64,000 bases of DNA, taken from NCBI GenBank assembly GCA_965644295.1, contig CBFFRP010000144.1:1-64000 (forward strand). Reading direction: 5' to 3'. This stretch comes from Paraphysomonas bandaiensis. Its lineage: Eukaryota; Protista; Chrysophyceae. A program made the translations under genes and the position numbers. Of this stretch, positions 35,964 through 49,040 are shown in pieces. The notes below the pieces were generated by a model, which saw nothing but the letters and a program-made list of their open reading frames with translations, was not told the origin of the DNA and made no database searches. Position 1 is the stretch's first letter. Each line of letters starts with the position of its first letter.

Positions 35964-37823
35964 TTACGATTCATCACTAAGGTCACCATCGTCGTCGTCT
36001 TCTTCATCGCTATCACTTAGACCACCGTCATTTTCGGCTTCATCGTCAGCGTCACCAGCCAAGGCGCGCAACTTGGCCTCCCGCAATTTTTCTTTTTGTT
36101 CCTTCACCCTGAAACAAGAAAACACAATATCACCTCCAATACTCAGTAAATAGAATGACGTACGCTTGTATTTGTGCGTTCAGTTTTTCCCTCTTCTCTA
36201 TCGCGCGCTGCTCGTGGAGTTCAGTGCGCACTTGCTGAACGTAGTCATCTAGGAAAAGTTTCCGTTTAGGAGCGAACATAATCTCCTTATTCTTATTCTG
36301 GGTATGGTAGAAGTCTTCACGTTCCTTCTTCAATAATCTGAATGTTCCAGATCAGCACCACACAGAGGTAGAGATATACACAATTAGCAAGGGTAAAGGA
36401 GTGATACCTGATGACTCCTGCTAAAGTGAGCCCTTCTTTTACATGTGGCCAAAACCTAACGATGCGTTTGCTCTCAGGTGGAGGGGTAGTAACCACGCCG
36501 CTTCCTTCTATCGAGCCCCTAGGGAAAAAATACAATTAACAATACGCAGCACTAGATATACACTATCACACAGTCCATACATACGGTGCACCACTATCAG
36601 AGAAGAACTTACTTTTCAAATGACCCTTCATACTTATATCCTGTGACCTTCGACACGAGCATTCCCCTACCATGTGGCATTCCATCTGCCCACTCCCCCT
36701 CATACACTAAGCCACAGGGTAGCTCTAGGCGTCCCTTACCCCACCGTTTTCCCCACTTCCAGGAACCTTGATACCGTGTTCCTCCATTACATTCCAACAA
36801 TCCCTCTCCATGAAACTTCCCTTTTCGCCACTCCCCTTCATAACTGCTTCCTACAGGATACTCCGCCCGACCTTTACCTTCACAGTTGTTATTCTTAAAC
36901 TCGCCTCTATACCCCATCCCATCAGAAAAAAGGTAATAGCCTTCACCATGCATCATTCCAGCCTTCCACTCACCATCGTAAGAGTAGTAGCTCTCTCTAC
37001 CCTCGCTGTTAAGAATATTCCCTGGGGCACGAGCAAATCCCACAGGTGCCTGGTAGTTCTCCTTAACTCCGACCTTCCACCTTTCTGTTGTAATTGGCTT
37101 TTTTTTCACCGGCAAGTCGTGGTCGAACACGGGATATGCCGATTTCCTTATTTCTTCTGATTCGTCAGGCGGACGGGTGTACCGATATTTCTTGCCCAAT
37201 AGATGTTGTTTGTGTCGCTCTTTGTACTCTTCGAGCTTCTTTCGGCTCAAATACAAAGGACGCGCGTAGGCATCAAAGTTTCGACTTTCAGCAATGCTGT
37301 TATAAATGGCTTTTGATATCTCACCGTGTGGTTGCATTTTGTCGCTTCGATCGAAGTGTACCAAGTGCTCAATGTGACGTTCCACATTCGGTATTCGATG
37401 GCGAGCCAGAAACTTCTGAAAGTACCGCACATGGGTTAAAAATTGCTGCTTTTCGGTCTCGTTTACTAATCTTTCAATCCCTGAGAATGATATAAGTCAG
37501 TTGCGGGTTATCATGAGATGAGTATGATATAAGTCAGTTGCGGGTTATCATGAGATGAGTATGATATAAGGCAGTTGCGGGTTAGCATGTGATGTGTATG
37601 ATGATATCAGGGTGGGGTGACCTGGAGCGATCTCACAACAGCTCTTTCTTGGAGCATATGTGTGCAGAGACTCAGCTACAGTGTCATCTTCATAATCATC
37701 TGAATCTACTGACACTGAGGAGGATGCTGCTGTTCGTGAAGTTGATGCTGCTGTTCGTAACACTGTTCGTGTGCTTCCAGTGCGATGATAGCTGGTGTCC
37801 ACCTGACTGCTCTTGTCTGTCAT
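35964..37823 (-). CDS. MORN repeat-containing protein, multi-exon
   Basis: Repeated YxGxWxxGxxHGxG motifs at 36609-37000; flanking exons with GT-AG junctions. Confidence 0.88.
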
Positions 37824-38191
37824 CACACAGAGAGACACACACAAACAAACATCTATCAACCCTATCAAACAAACCGTTCAATTAGGAGCCTGCTCTACTC
37901 TGCTCTGTTACTGGGACGAGACCGTCTGTCTGTTGACTGTCTGTATGTGTATATACGACTCGTAGCATGTGTATAACCTACAGGCCGACACAGTATACAT
38001 GGACTATACAGTGTATACCAGTATTCTGTATATATATGCTGTACCACACCATACGCTGCAGCAGTACAAGCAGCACAGTACAGCAGTGCAGTGCAGTGCA
38101 CCAACGACTAGATCTATATGCTGTACATGTACATATACACACACACAGCACTGCATCACACTTACATACCCAACAAACAGCTGAGAACAAC

Positions 38192-38935
38192 ATGATCCCC
38201 AACGATGATGATAACCTCCTCACAAACGACTCCATCCTGCGCATATCCGGCAAGAGCTCCTACAGTGAAGTGGTGAAACTGAACGCCTTTGCTCTCGGTC
38301 TGGACATCAGCAGCAGCAGGCTGTACCTGGATCTGAGTCGCTTCACCGGCCTGCGCATCATATCCATGTCTCTCAATAGAGTGTCATCTCTCAGACCATT
38401 CGCACTATGCAAGACACTCCATGAGCTTCATCTGAGGAAGAACACCGTGCACGATATCAGTGAAGTGAGGCATCTGATGAGACTGAGAGAGCTGCACACT
38501 CTGCTGCTATCAGACAATCCGTGCTGCTCGACACACTCATACAGACTTAAAGTCATAAGAGTCTTATCGACATTAAAGAAACTAGACTCGAGTTTGATTT
38601 CAGAAGAGGAATTCATTGAGAGCCAATCAGATGAGCTGAAGAGTTTTGATGATGAGATTAAACAGAAACTCAATGAGGACACAGTCGAGCCGGAGGTGAG
38701 TGAGACAGATTCTCCATGCGATGATGCTGCAGTTGAAGCTACTGTGACTAAGAAAGTGTGCGGTACTGTTATGGAAGAGAAGCCAAATCCCACTCTGCGA
38801 TCAAATGCTTTCCTGGCATCAAAGCATCTCATTAATGACATGTCAGCTACTGAGCTAAGCTTGCTAATTGAACACTGCACGGAAAGGCTCAGAATAATTG
38901 AAAATGAGAAACCTTCTTGTTCCTTTATAAAGTAA
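38192..38935 (+). CDS. Leucine-rich repeat protein, CFAP410/C21orf2-like
   Basis: LRIISMSLNRVSSLRPFALCKTLHELHLRKN..LSDNPC..YRLKVIRVLSTLKKLD; C-terminal SNAFLASKHLINDM helix. Confidence 0.8.
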   Translation: MIPNDDDNLLTNDSILRISGKSSYSEVVKLNAFALGLDISSSRLYLDLSRFTGLRIISMSLNRVSSLRPFALCKTLHELHLRKNTVHDISEVRHLMRLRELHTLLLSDNPCCSTHSYRLKVIRVLSTLKKLDSSLISEEEFIESQSDELKSFDDEIKQKLNEDTVEPEVSETDSPCDDAAVEATVTKKVCGTVMEEKPNPTLRSNAFLASKHLINDMSATELSLLIEHCTERLRIIENEKPSCSFIK

Positions 38936-39503
38936 GATACTATTCGTTTAGGGTGCTATGTACAAAGATGATGTTAATAATTATTTTTAAAAGCTTTATC
39001 GACTTATCGAAAGTTTATATGATTTGATATATTGCTTATGCTTTGAGTGGATAGCACTATATATAGTAGAGGTTGAGTCTTATCTTCTGCGGTAGTAGTC
39101 AGAAGCTAATTTTCATCTTATTTCGTCCTCGTACTGTGTCATATTTTTCAGGCAAAAGGCTAGTATTCCTCTTTACTAGTCTATATCTTATCCTTTTTCA
39201 TATTTCTATTACGTATACTTAATTGTTTTATCAGCTTTAATTAGTGATGCGGCTATAAGCTATAAGGCTTTAGCTATTGTGAAAAAGGAATAGCTACAAC
39301 CATTCCTGAAACTTTACTACCGTGTCTATGTTTACTTGGCAATGATTCATTTCACATTTACGACTGCATTACAGGGTTCGTTCCTGCCACTGTTAAATCG
39401 TAAGGCATAATATATGTTCCCTTTATTATCATCTCAAAAAAGATTACTTTCGCAACAGATATGTACACTACTTGCCACTATTACTACCAGTATAGTTGCA
39501 GCC

Positions 39504-42500
39504 TTACTCCTGAGTATAAGTTCTATCTTCATACCCATATGTCTCTTGTTCCCCTTGTTGATAGTATTCGTCTCCATATCCACCTTGATAGTACTCGGCA
39601 TTCCCGTTTTCATCATATCCACCTTGATAGTACTCGGCATTCCCATTTTCATCGTAGCTGTTATCATAGTAGCCACCCTCACCATATTGACTGTCATGAT
39701 AATAGCTATTTGCATAATCTTCATCTACATTCTCTACAGACCCATCGCCATACAGGGCATCATTAGCATAGTCTTTTCCCGTATCGTAACCTTTCTGAAA
39801 GTCCTCATATCGTCCACTCCCAACACCTGAATATGGTGATACCTTGCCACTTTTATTCTTCAGGGCCTCAACAGCAGCGCGCTTAGAAGACTCCGAAACA
39901 TCCCACTTGCCTCTCGATCCCGCACTACCAACACTTCGCTCGCTCCTATCGTTCCCACTGGATGGTCTGCCCATGTCATCTGGGTTAATGCGGTTGCTAC
40001 CAGTGGCCGGCCGACTTCCAGTCTCATGAATTCCTGAATGGCGGGATGAAGGTCTGCTCTGATCACCACCACGACTATGACGGCCAGATTCCGGTCTGCT
40101 CATGTCATCTGGGTTAATGCGGTTGCTACCAGTGGCCGGCCGACTTCCAGTCTCATGAATTCCTGAATGGCGGGATGAAGGTCTGCTCTGATCACCACCA
40201 CGACTATGACGGCCAGATTCCGGTCTGCTCATGTCATCTGGGTTAATGCGGTTGCTACCAGTGGTCGGCCGACTTCCAGTCTCATGAATTCCTGAATGGC
40301 GGGATGAAGGTCTGCTCTGATCACCATCACGACTATGACGGCCAGATTCCGGTCTGCTCATGTCATCTGGGTTAATGCGGTTGCTACCAGTGGCCGGCCG
40401 ACTTCCAGTCCCATGAATTCCTGAATGGCGGGATGAAGGTCTGCTCTGATCACCACCACGACTATGACGGCCAGATTCCGGTCTGCTCATGTCATCTGGG
40501 TTAATGTGGTTGCTACCAGTGGTCGGCCGACTTCCAGTCTCATGAATTCCTGAATGGCGGGATGAAGGTCTGCTCATGTCATCTGGGTTAATGCGGTTGC
40601 TACCAGTGGCCGGCCGACTTCCAGTCTCATGAATTCCTGAATGGCGGGATGAAGGTCTGCTCTGATCACCACCACGACTATGACGGCCAGATTCCGGTCT
40701 GCTCATGTCATCTGGGTTAATGCGGTTGCTACCAGTGGTCGGCCGACTTCCAGTCTCATGAATTCCTGAATGGCGGGATGAAGGTCTGCTCTGATCACCA
40801 TCACGACTATGACGGCCAGATTCCGGTCTGCTCATGTCATCTGGGTTAATGCGGTTGCTACCAGTGGCCGGCCGACTTCCAGTCCCATGAATTCCTGAAT
40901 GGCGGGATGAAGGTCTGCTCTGATCACCACCACGACTATGACGGCCAGATTCCGGTCTGCTCATGTCATCTGGGTTAATGTGGTTGCTACCAGTGGTCGG
41001 CCGACTTCCAGTCTCATGAATTCCTGAATGGCGGGATGAAGGTCTGCTCATGTCATCTGGGTTAATGCGGTTGCTACCAGTGGCCGGCCGACTTCCAGTC
41101 TCATGAATTCCTGAATGGCGGGATGAAGGTCTGCTCTGATCACCACCACGACTATGACGGCCAGATTCCGGTCTGCTCATGTCATCTGGGTTAATGCGGT
41201 TGCTACCAGTGGTCGGCCGACTTCCAGTCTCATGAATTCCTGAATGGCGGGATGAAGGTCTGCTCTGATCACCACCACGACTATGACGGCCAGATTCCGG
41301 TCTGCTCATGTCATCTGGGTTAATGCGGTTGCTACCAGTGGCCGGCCGACTTCCAGTCTCATGAATTCCTGAATGGCGGGATGAAGGTCTATCCATATGG
41401 GTATTCGACGATGAGTTCCTGTCGGTAGCTGGTCTAAATGAATTTGCGGCAAAGTTATCCCGGATACTAACTCCGGCCTCGTCTTGATCCCGTATCATTT
41501 GCTGCATCATCTCCTTCTCTGCTGCTGTTGCAGCTGCATATCAGTTATCAACTAAGGTAATTAGAGTGTTAGTACCAACTTACATTGCACGTTAAACTCC
41601 CCGCAGCTACTCAATAGAGCGTCTTCCTCCCCAACGTATCCTGCACCGTCTGTGGGACCACTATGGGATATACGTAGCGCAGGGGCAGATGGAACTACAA
41701 GTACTTCATCTTCGGCAACGTGGTCTGAATATTCTCTCCTGTCAGAATCTAACAGTTCTTATCATTAACATACCACATACATGAAAGGTCATTATTTACC
41801 TCTTGAAGCTAACTTTCTTCCAGCAGATGTCAACGGCCGACTATGAGCACCATGATTAGAACCAAATCCACCACTCTGTAGAAGAAGGTTATCCCTAATA
41901 TGAGCACCGCTTTGCGCTATGAGCCTATCCAGCTGCTCATCTGATCTCCTTGGGTCATACTTTGAGTGTGGATTATTTCGCCATCTCCTATCCGAATCGA
42001 CAGCCTCGCGAAGCTTTTTTTCTTGTGAATTAACTAGCGCAGTGAGAGGAGACTTCGGAACACTGCTGTGAGATGATGCATGAACTGGGGATACGTCTAA
42101 CTCACGCGGCCTCTGCTGGCTCTGAGCGCTATGCTGAGGTGTTCTGTTTCCCATGAACATTAGCAGTGACTCTGAAGCCAGGGATCGCTCAACCATAGAC
42201 AGCTCGCTCCCTGATTGTTCAACAGTAGTCTGTCGGCCGTCTCGAGGAGGCACTTTCATAATTGCAAGATCAGCCAGGAGACCATCTGGGCCCCATGCTG
42301 GATCCACAAGCTTTGAGTTCGACACAATTGATCGGTCTCCGTCACCGATCTTTTGTCCAATTGCAGTACGTGAGGGGTGAAGATTGCTCATAGGCGTAGT
42401 CCCACGCCTGGTAGGAAACCCCCTGTTATGCTGCCAATCTACTACAAAGAGATCTTCATCATCCACATTGTCGCGATATTCATACGACTCTTCAACATGA

Positions 42501-44995
42501 GTGCCTAGGCGAGTATCGCGTGCATTAGCTCGGGGGGGTAAGCCCTGGTGACTGTCTCGAGGCCTTGTATCAGTTTCCGGTACGGGTACTGGCACTGACA
42601 CCGACTCCAATGACCCTCCAGGAGTAGCAGCTCGTCTGCTTTCCATTTGGAAGGATTCCCGTCCCACGCCTGTGTCAGAATGAATCCCCAGATCCTCAAG
42701 TAGGGGATATACCATTGGAATTTGCGGTGCCGCCACACGAGAACTCGGAATCGACCGGCTGGACGCCTGTTGTTGGCTATACCTGGTCCTACCAGTTACC
42801 TTTCTACTAGGGGATTCAGAGGGGTCTGATCGACGACCTATCGGGGACCCATCATCACTCTCGGCATTCGCAATATCACGATCCTCGTGACGTACGGAAG
42901 GTCTCTGCTGTTCTCTGCTATTCGCTGCATGTCGTTCCCGCATGGCATTCGTCGCAGCCGCAACAGCCGCCATCTCTAAACGACTTATACGCGCCCTCTC
43001 CCGTTCAACCTCTTCTGCAATATCCTTCTCAATGTCTGCATCTCTATCTCGATCCCTTTCTTTGTCCCGCTCAGGCGACACTTGGTTCTGCTGAGAAGGG
43101 GTATGAGGAGGAACTGACTTCTTTCTATTAGGACTCCCATACGCCTCTCTCGCTTTCTGCTCCAGACGTTCATCTTCCAGCCGCTGTCTTTTCTCTTCTT
43201 CCTCTTTGAGACGCTTCTTTTCAGCGATCTATAAACACAACGACATCATCACGAGCGTGAGCACTATACATCCTCCACCTGTGCCTCAAGGGCTCTTTGT
43301 TGTTCTATTCGAGCTGCCTTCTTTTGCGCTGCATTAGCATCACTACCCCTCTTGCTTATTTTCCAATCTTCTCCGCCATTTCCTTGTTCTTCCACCCCAC
43401 CTAGTACAAAATTTCCTCCCCCATAAACATCACTGATGAGACGGTTACGAGCCTTAGTAGGTGACTTTTTCGAGGGAGACTGGTCCAAATTGTTGTCTTC
43501 CTCGTCGTAGTGCTGATGCCTATTATGACGCGAATGCTCCCTGCCAGAGTCATGGTCCTCCTGGCGACTTGGGGATGTAGATTTACGATGTCTACCTGCT
43601 TGCTGCTCAATGCTGCCATCACCTTTCTGATATTGTTGTTGATCAATCATATCTTCTCGGTCCATTTCTTCTTCCTGCTTCTTGAGAGCCTCCTTTCGTT
43701 CTGCATCTTGCCTTGCCTGTTCCTCCAGCTGTTTTCTATATTCCTCTTGTCTCCGGCGCTTAGTAGCCTTATCCTCTCCCTCCAGGCTCTGCGCATTCAC
43801 CCGGCCGCTATATACATTGCTTGCACTTTGCATATGAGGCATCTGTCGAGGTACCCGTGACCCCTGTTCGTGCTCTCGCTGTAGGGGGTCATGAGAGAAA
43901 TGGTAGTCTTCAGGCCCGTGCTGGTGTTGATTGAATGGTCTATGATCTTGAACCTGCCCCGAATCTGGAATAGAGGGAGCATGTCGAGGAGGGATATGCC
44001 CCTGTGGACGGCTGTATGGATTGTGGTTGGAATTAGGATAATTCGGCGCTCTTCTGTCAGGTGATAGCGACTGCTCTTTGCTTCCCTGGTGTTGTACACT
44101 TTTTTGTTTCGCACCCTCCTCCAACTGCCTGCGATACTCCGCCTGTCTGGCCCGCCGCAAAGCCTTTTCTTCCTTCTCATCTCGCCCAAATACCATCCCA
44201 GACTGAACATTTTGATGTTGGGGGTTGCGGTTCGGGGGGGAGTAATATGACTCCTGCTGCTGGGGTAGGGGGTAGTGGTTATATGCGTGCTGCTGGGGTG
44301 GGTACTGACTGTACGGCTTCAAATGAGACTGCTGGTAGTCACTGGAGGACTGCTGTTGAGGCTGCTGATACCCACTGTATAACTGCTGTTGAGGTTGTTG
44401 ATACTCATCATATGACCGCTGTCGGGGCTGATCATACTCATTGTTTGGCAGACGATGGCCATTTGGCTGTGTATCGTGTTCTGAGTAGGAGTCAAGGTGT
44501 GAAGGAGCATGAGAGCGCTGGTGATACTGTCGTTCCTGTTCCCGCCTCTGCTCATTCAACTAGAAAAGTAAGTCAGAACAATAAAAAATAACATGAACTC
44601 AATACTTGATGGGAGTACGCTGCTGCTTTAGCAGCTTTCATATTCCTTCTGTCATCATCAGGACCGTACAGCCCGTGCAGATCTCCTTTGGCCCGCCTGG
44701 GCGACTCACTGGCCACTCCATCATATGCAGGGAACATACCACCCCCATCATCATCATAATCATTGGGTCGAGCCACATCATGATAGTCTCTTACAGCCTC
44801 TTTACGATAAGGTGGATCTGATCCATGTGCATGAGAGAGTCTGGAAGCCTGTGACTTCTCTTTCAGCTCTCTCTCGAGTCTCTCCATCTCCATACGCACA
44901 GCAGCCTCGAAGTCATCATCATCTATGCGACCAGCAGGCAGAGGGGCGTCTTGAGGAATTACTTTAGGCGGGGGTTTCACTGGTCGACGATACAT
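39504..44995 (-). CDS. Large low-complexity coiled-coil protein, CSPP1/CCDC66-like, multi-exon
   Basis: Consecutive ORFs joined by short introns; repeated QxEYRxQLEEQ motifs and QQRALEAQ|IAEKKR. The family call is tentative. Confidence 0.65.
39965..41390 (-). repeat. Coding tandem repeat with 129-bp (43 aa) and 87-bp (29 aa) units
   Basis: RPSSRHSGIHETGSRPATGSNRINPDDMS(RPESGRHSRGGDQS), about 12 units. Confidence 0.97.
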
Positions 44996-46606
44996 CTGTC
45001 TGTGTCTGTGTCTGTGTGTGTGTTATATCCTCAGCTAGTATATATTCCTGTATATGTATGTGTGTGTCTGTGTGTGTGTGTGTCTGTGTGTGTGTGTATA
45101 GCTACACATGAAGAGATCTCATCAACAGACTATCAGGCAGTCTACCGCACATACATATCGGGTAACAGCTAACTCTCTCAGTGGCGTATCGGACTGATAT
45201 GAGTGTGTGTTTCTGCATCACTTGACATCACAGATACACACACTGGAGTATACATACATACGCATACATGCATACCATACCGCTGTGTACATATGAGGCG
45301 TGTGCTCTATATGTATGTTACACACTGCGTAGCGTATACCATCATGGCACTGTATACAGCAGTGTGATGAAGTGGTGGATATTGAGAATGTGGAGATCAT
45401 AAAACCCAAAGTTTCTATCCAGATACCCCTGATTTCTATCACCTACTGCGTGCAACATGTTACATGCATATGGCTTGAACGATATCTAGATATGCATGAT
45501 ACGATGTGGTTGGATATGGTGCTCTATGCGGGCTATTGCCACGACGCTCGTGACGACGCGATGTTAAAATGCATTTTCATTATGGATAGTTCGATATTGG
45601 AGCAACTGATGGTGCCTACACTGTAACAGCAAGTGGTGAATGCACTGTGACTGCTCGGTCACTTCTCTGGCACGCTCCATCACCGTGCTTTGCATGGCAG
45701 CTGATTTAGTCTCTTGAATGTACTAACTATTATTAGGTGCGGTAAGTATTGTGATGATAGTTAGTTTCGCAAGACATGCAACGCGATGCTGCTGCTTGAT
45801 ATATGCATGGTAGGATATATTCATAATACACACAGCACAGAAAGCTTTCAATACAGGAGCTTATTATTATGAGGGGAAAACGTGTGAAAACCTCATATGT
45901 GAATCATTACAAGGCATTCGCGCTTGTATTTGTCTCACTTGCTCAGAAGATTTTATTCATAGTGTTTTTTGAACACGGAATCATGAAATTATTTTAAGTT
46001 GTGAATTTTAATCTGTCATTATACCCTTATGTTCTAAATTTGCCTTCCCTAACCGCAAAATGTAATATCACGGTTTAGTTCTCGAATTCTAATACAATTA
46101 GTGATCTCGAAGTAAGTGTTGAAGTTAGTATATTATCAAATAATCATACAGCTGTATACAAGGGTTATACAACATTATTACAATTTTCCGAAGGTGAATT
46201 TGTTCTCTTCGCTTTATTGTCAGTGTGTATTAGAGGGAATGTGGTTATTACCGGTTTCAAGGAAGTAGCTATCAGTACTAGTTTCAGATCTAGTTTCAAT
46301 GAACTGAACAGTGGAGATCTTACTACTTCTTACTAGTAAATTATTAAGAATGAAATGTGCAAAGAATGATATAATATATACAACTACCACGTACGCAGTA
46401 CGGTGCTTCCTTTATAATACTAACCATATAGAAAACACTACAAAGTCTTTGAAAATGTATGTATACTTAATAACTCGTGTATATACAGTGTACAAACATT
46501 TATGTACAGATCACAACTCAAAACCGACACAGAACAACGGTACATCTAATACCACAACCGTACCTACACGTGCTTACTCAACACCATTAGTAATCGTAGA
46601 CATGGC

Positions 46607-48055
46607 TCAGTCGGCGGCGACGTTCATGCGTAGCACCTCCTTGTCTACAGCTCTTACATCACCCACATTTACAATGTCTATCATCCTAACTCTTCTCGTT
46701 GAATCAGTTTGATTGTTGCTTAAGAATGCTACTCCTCTGTTATAGCTCCCAAGACAGTACACATGCAACCTTGCGTTGAAAAAAGGAGGCCCCACAGATG
46801 TTATGAACAATGAACCAGGGGGAATTTTCCCCCTACAATGTCGGCATCGAGTGCATGTGGTTGGAACAGCGGGATGACTTGGCATATATCCAACTCGGCA
46901 AAATATGGGAACATCAGGCCGAGGAAACAAATCTCGAGACTGACCGGGATGAGGTTGTGGTCGGTCGAAACGATTAACAGAGTAGTTACTAGTGGGTTGG
47001 ACATTCCTTGTGAGATCGATTGTAGTCCTTCCTGTGTTTCCTGCACTCTGTTGTCGCTTCCGCTTTTTTGCAGCAGAAAAATTTTGATGCAAGGGTTTAC
47101 TCTTCATCAGGGTTCTACCCGTCTCCTGTCGTGACTGTAGTTCCTTTAGGCCCTCCCCATGCTGCCGTGCACGTACTATTTCTTCCACCATCCCGTCAAT
47201 GAGATGACTTGGTGTGGCACCAGTGGCCGTGCACTGACATGAGGGACAACTACGGTTGGAATCTGAAGTCAGCCAGTTGGACAAGCATTCAAAACAAAAC
47301 GTATGTCCGCATGGCAACAAGCTGTGGGCGCATGCAATGGGCTCCAGACATATTGCACATTCTGTCATGGTTGACAATGCATGTACAGGTGATGAAACCC
47401 CATCGCTTTGGGGGTTTTCTCCGCTCCTATCACAGCTGTGTTTATTATCTGCTTCATTCGGGTGGTCTTCAGCATCACTTCGCTTCGAACTACATTTCGA
47501 TTCCACTTCGACGTCACCTTCACAGCTTCTCTCACTCTCCACACGCCCAGAAGAATTATCAGAAGTAGGGGTGGCCACTGCAACGACGCTCCCACATGTG
47601 TTGGTGTTCTCTGATGAGTTAATTGCAGACCGACTCTTCTTCACTCCAACTAATCGAAAGTGAAACAAATTTGATGCTTTCAGGAGACAGATGACATCGC
47701 CGACCTCTATAGGCACCTCTACCTCTCCCTCCTCACGCACACAGAGAGTCCCATTGACAGCTACTGTCTGTTTGTTGGGCGTCAGAACAGTGAGCGAGAG
47801 GCAGTGATCGTGACTGCACTTAACACGCACGTGCTGACGAGAGACACAGCTGATAAGGCCCCTATAGCGGTCCAGTGAAGCTCTATCTTCCCTATTATCA
47901 CTATCATCTGCAGCAGTATCACCAGCAGCATCATTGTCGAGAGAAAAGGTCTCTTCGTTCCTCCCGACCATCACAAGTCCTCCTGGGGACAGATGGAGGG
48001 GGCGGAGGAGAGCCCGGCCTCTACCTGTGGGCATAAGATCATACTCCTCCCACAT
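46607..48055 (-). CDS. FHA-RING E3 ligase (CHFR/RNF8-like) with a C-terminal PARP-type zinc finger-like motif
   Basis: VGR..VSRQH..VNG (FHA); CAICLE..LPCGHTFCFECL..CPSC (RING-HC); CRHCRGKI..LHVYC. Confidence 0.85.
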   Translation of the reverse strand: MWEEYDLMPTGRGRALLRPLHLSPGGLVMVGRNEETFSLDNDAAGDTAADDSDNREDRASLDRYRGLISCVSRQHVRVKCSHDHCLSLTVLTPNKQTVAVNGTLCVREEGEVEVPIEVGDVICLLKASNLFHFRLVGVKKSRSAINSSENTNTCGSVVAVATPTSDNSSGRVESERSCEGDVEVESKCSSKRSDAEDHPNEADNKHSCDRSGENPQSDGVSSPVHALSTMTECAICLEPIACAHSLLPCGHTFCFECLSNWLTSDSNRSCPSCQCTATGATPSHLIDGMVEEIVRARQHGEGLKELQSRQETGRTLMKSKPLHQNFSAAKKRKRQQSAGNTGRTTIDLTRNVQPTSNYSVNRFDRPQPHPGQSRDLFPRPDVPIFCRVGYMPSHPAVPTTCTRCRHCRGKIPPGSLFITSVGPPFFNARLHVYCLGSYNRGVAFLSNNQTDSTRRVRMIDIVNVGDVRAVDKEVLRMNVAAD

Positions 48056-49040
48056 AACTGCTGACTAACAATCCATGAGAGTGTTACGCTCTGTTGTTAG
48101 ATTAACATGCAGCTCATCATGATAGACGACTGTACGTGCAGGAGTAGCAGTACAGTACACACTCTGCTACTAAACCATGCCGGATGCCGCAGTCACAATT
48201 TAAGTTTCGAATTTTCGAAAAAATGCTATTTTTTTAGAAATTAGAGCGAAAATCTTATACGCAAAACCCCGCTTTTCAACAGCACTCTGGCATAGCACAG
48301 CAGTGTCTGTGCTCCATGTCTGCTATGTACACGTCGATGCAGCGCATGCATGGCGTGTACATATGTGGACATGTCGCCTGGAGCAGACTCTACTCACAAC
48401 TATCTCGTGCCTATACATTCAAACACAAGACACAAGGCTTACACAGTGCTAGTGCGGGGCCTGTCATAGTGTACAGCATTTGACTTGTGCCGTAATAATG
48501 TAATTCTTGTGGCGAAAATAGTCCAGGACCCACTACTTACTACTTACTGATTAGTCATACTAATATATGGCAATATATTGCAATAGCATTGCAGAGCCGG
48601 TTTAAAAACTCCATCAATACTATTGATGGAACGCTATCTAACAATAGTATTGCAATGTATTTTTCCCTATCCCTGGTTTAGGTGTGCAGAGCAATAGAAG
48701 AACGACACGCACTACAACAACACGCACTGATATCGTTTAGAATATTGTTAGTTCCAGTCATGTTCAGACGTGCGAGGTAATTCTTATTAAGATTACATAT
48801 CAGTATTTTTTGTTACACTAATCTCAGCTGTAATCACTGCGCACATATCATTCTTCATAGCTATGTTACGCTGGTTACATGCTACACTACTACAGCATCT
48901 TGCATATCTTGTTGACCAGAAACATCAATATTATTATTTTGCAATACTATGGCAATCAACACACTATATTACGAATAATGAAATAGTTTGCAGAAAATGT
49001 ATACAAACACTCCACATCATCAGCCCATACGTTAGGTACA

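Noticed and set aside
37489-37590. 37-bp tandem duplication in a MORN gene intron
   Set aside because: Ordinary local slippage.
48565-48676. CAATA/TATTG palindromes, possible MITE relic
   Set aside because: No definable paired termini or TSD.
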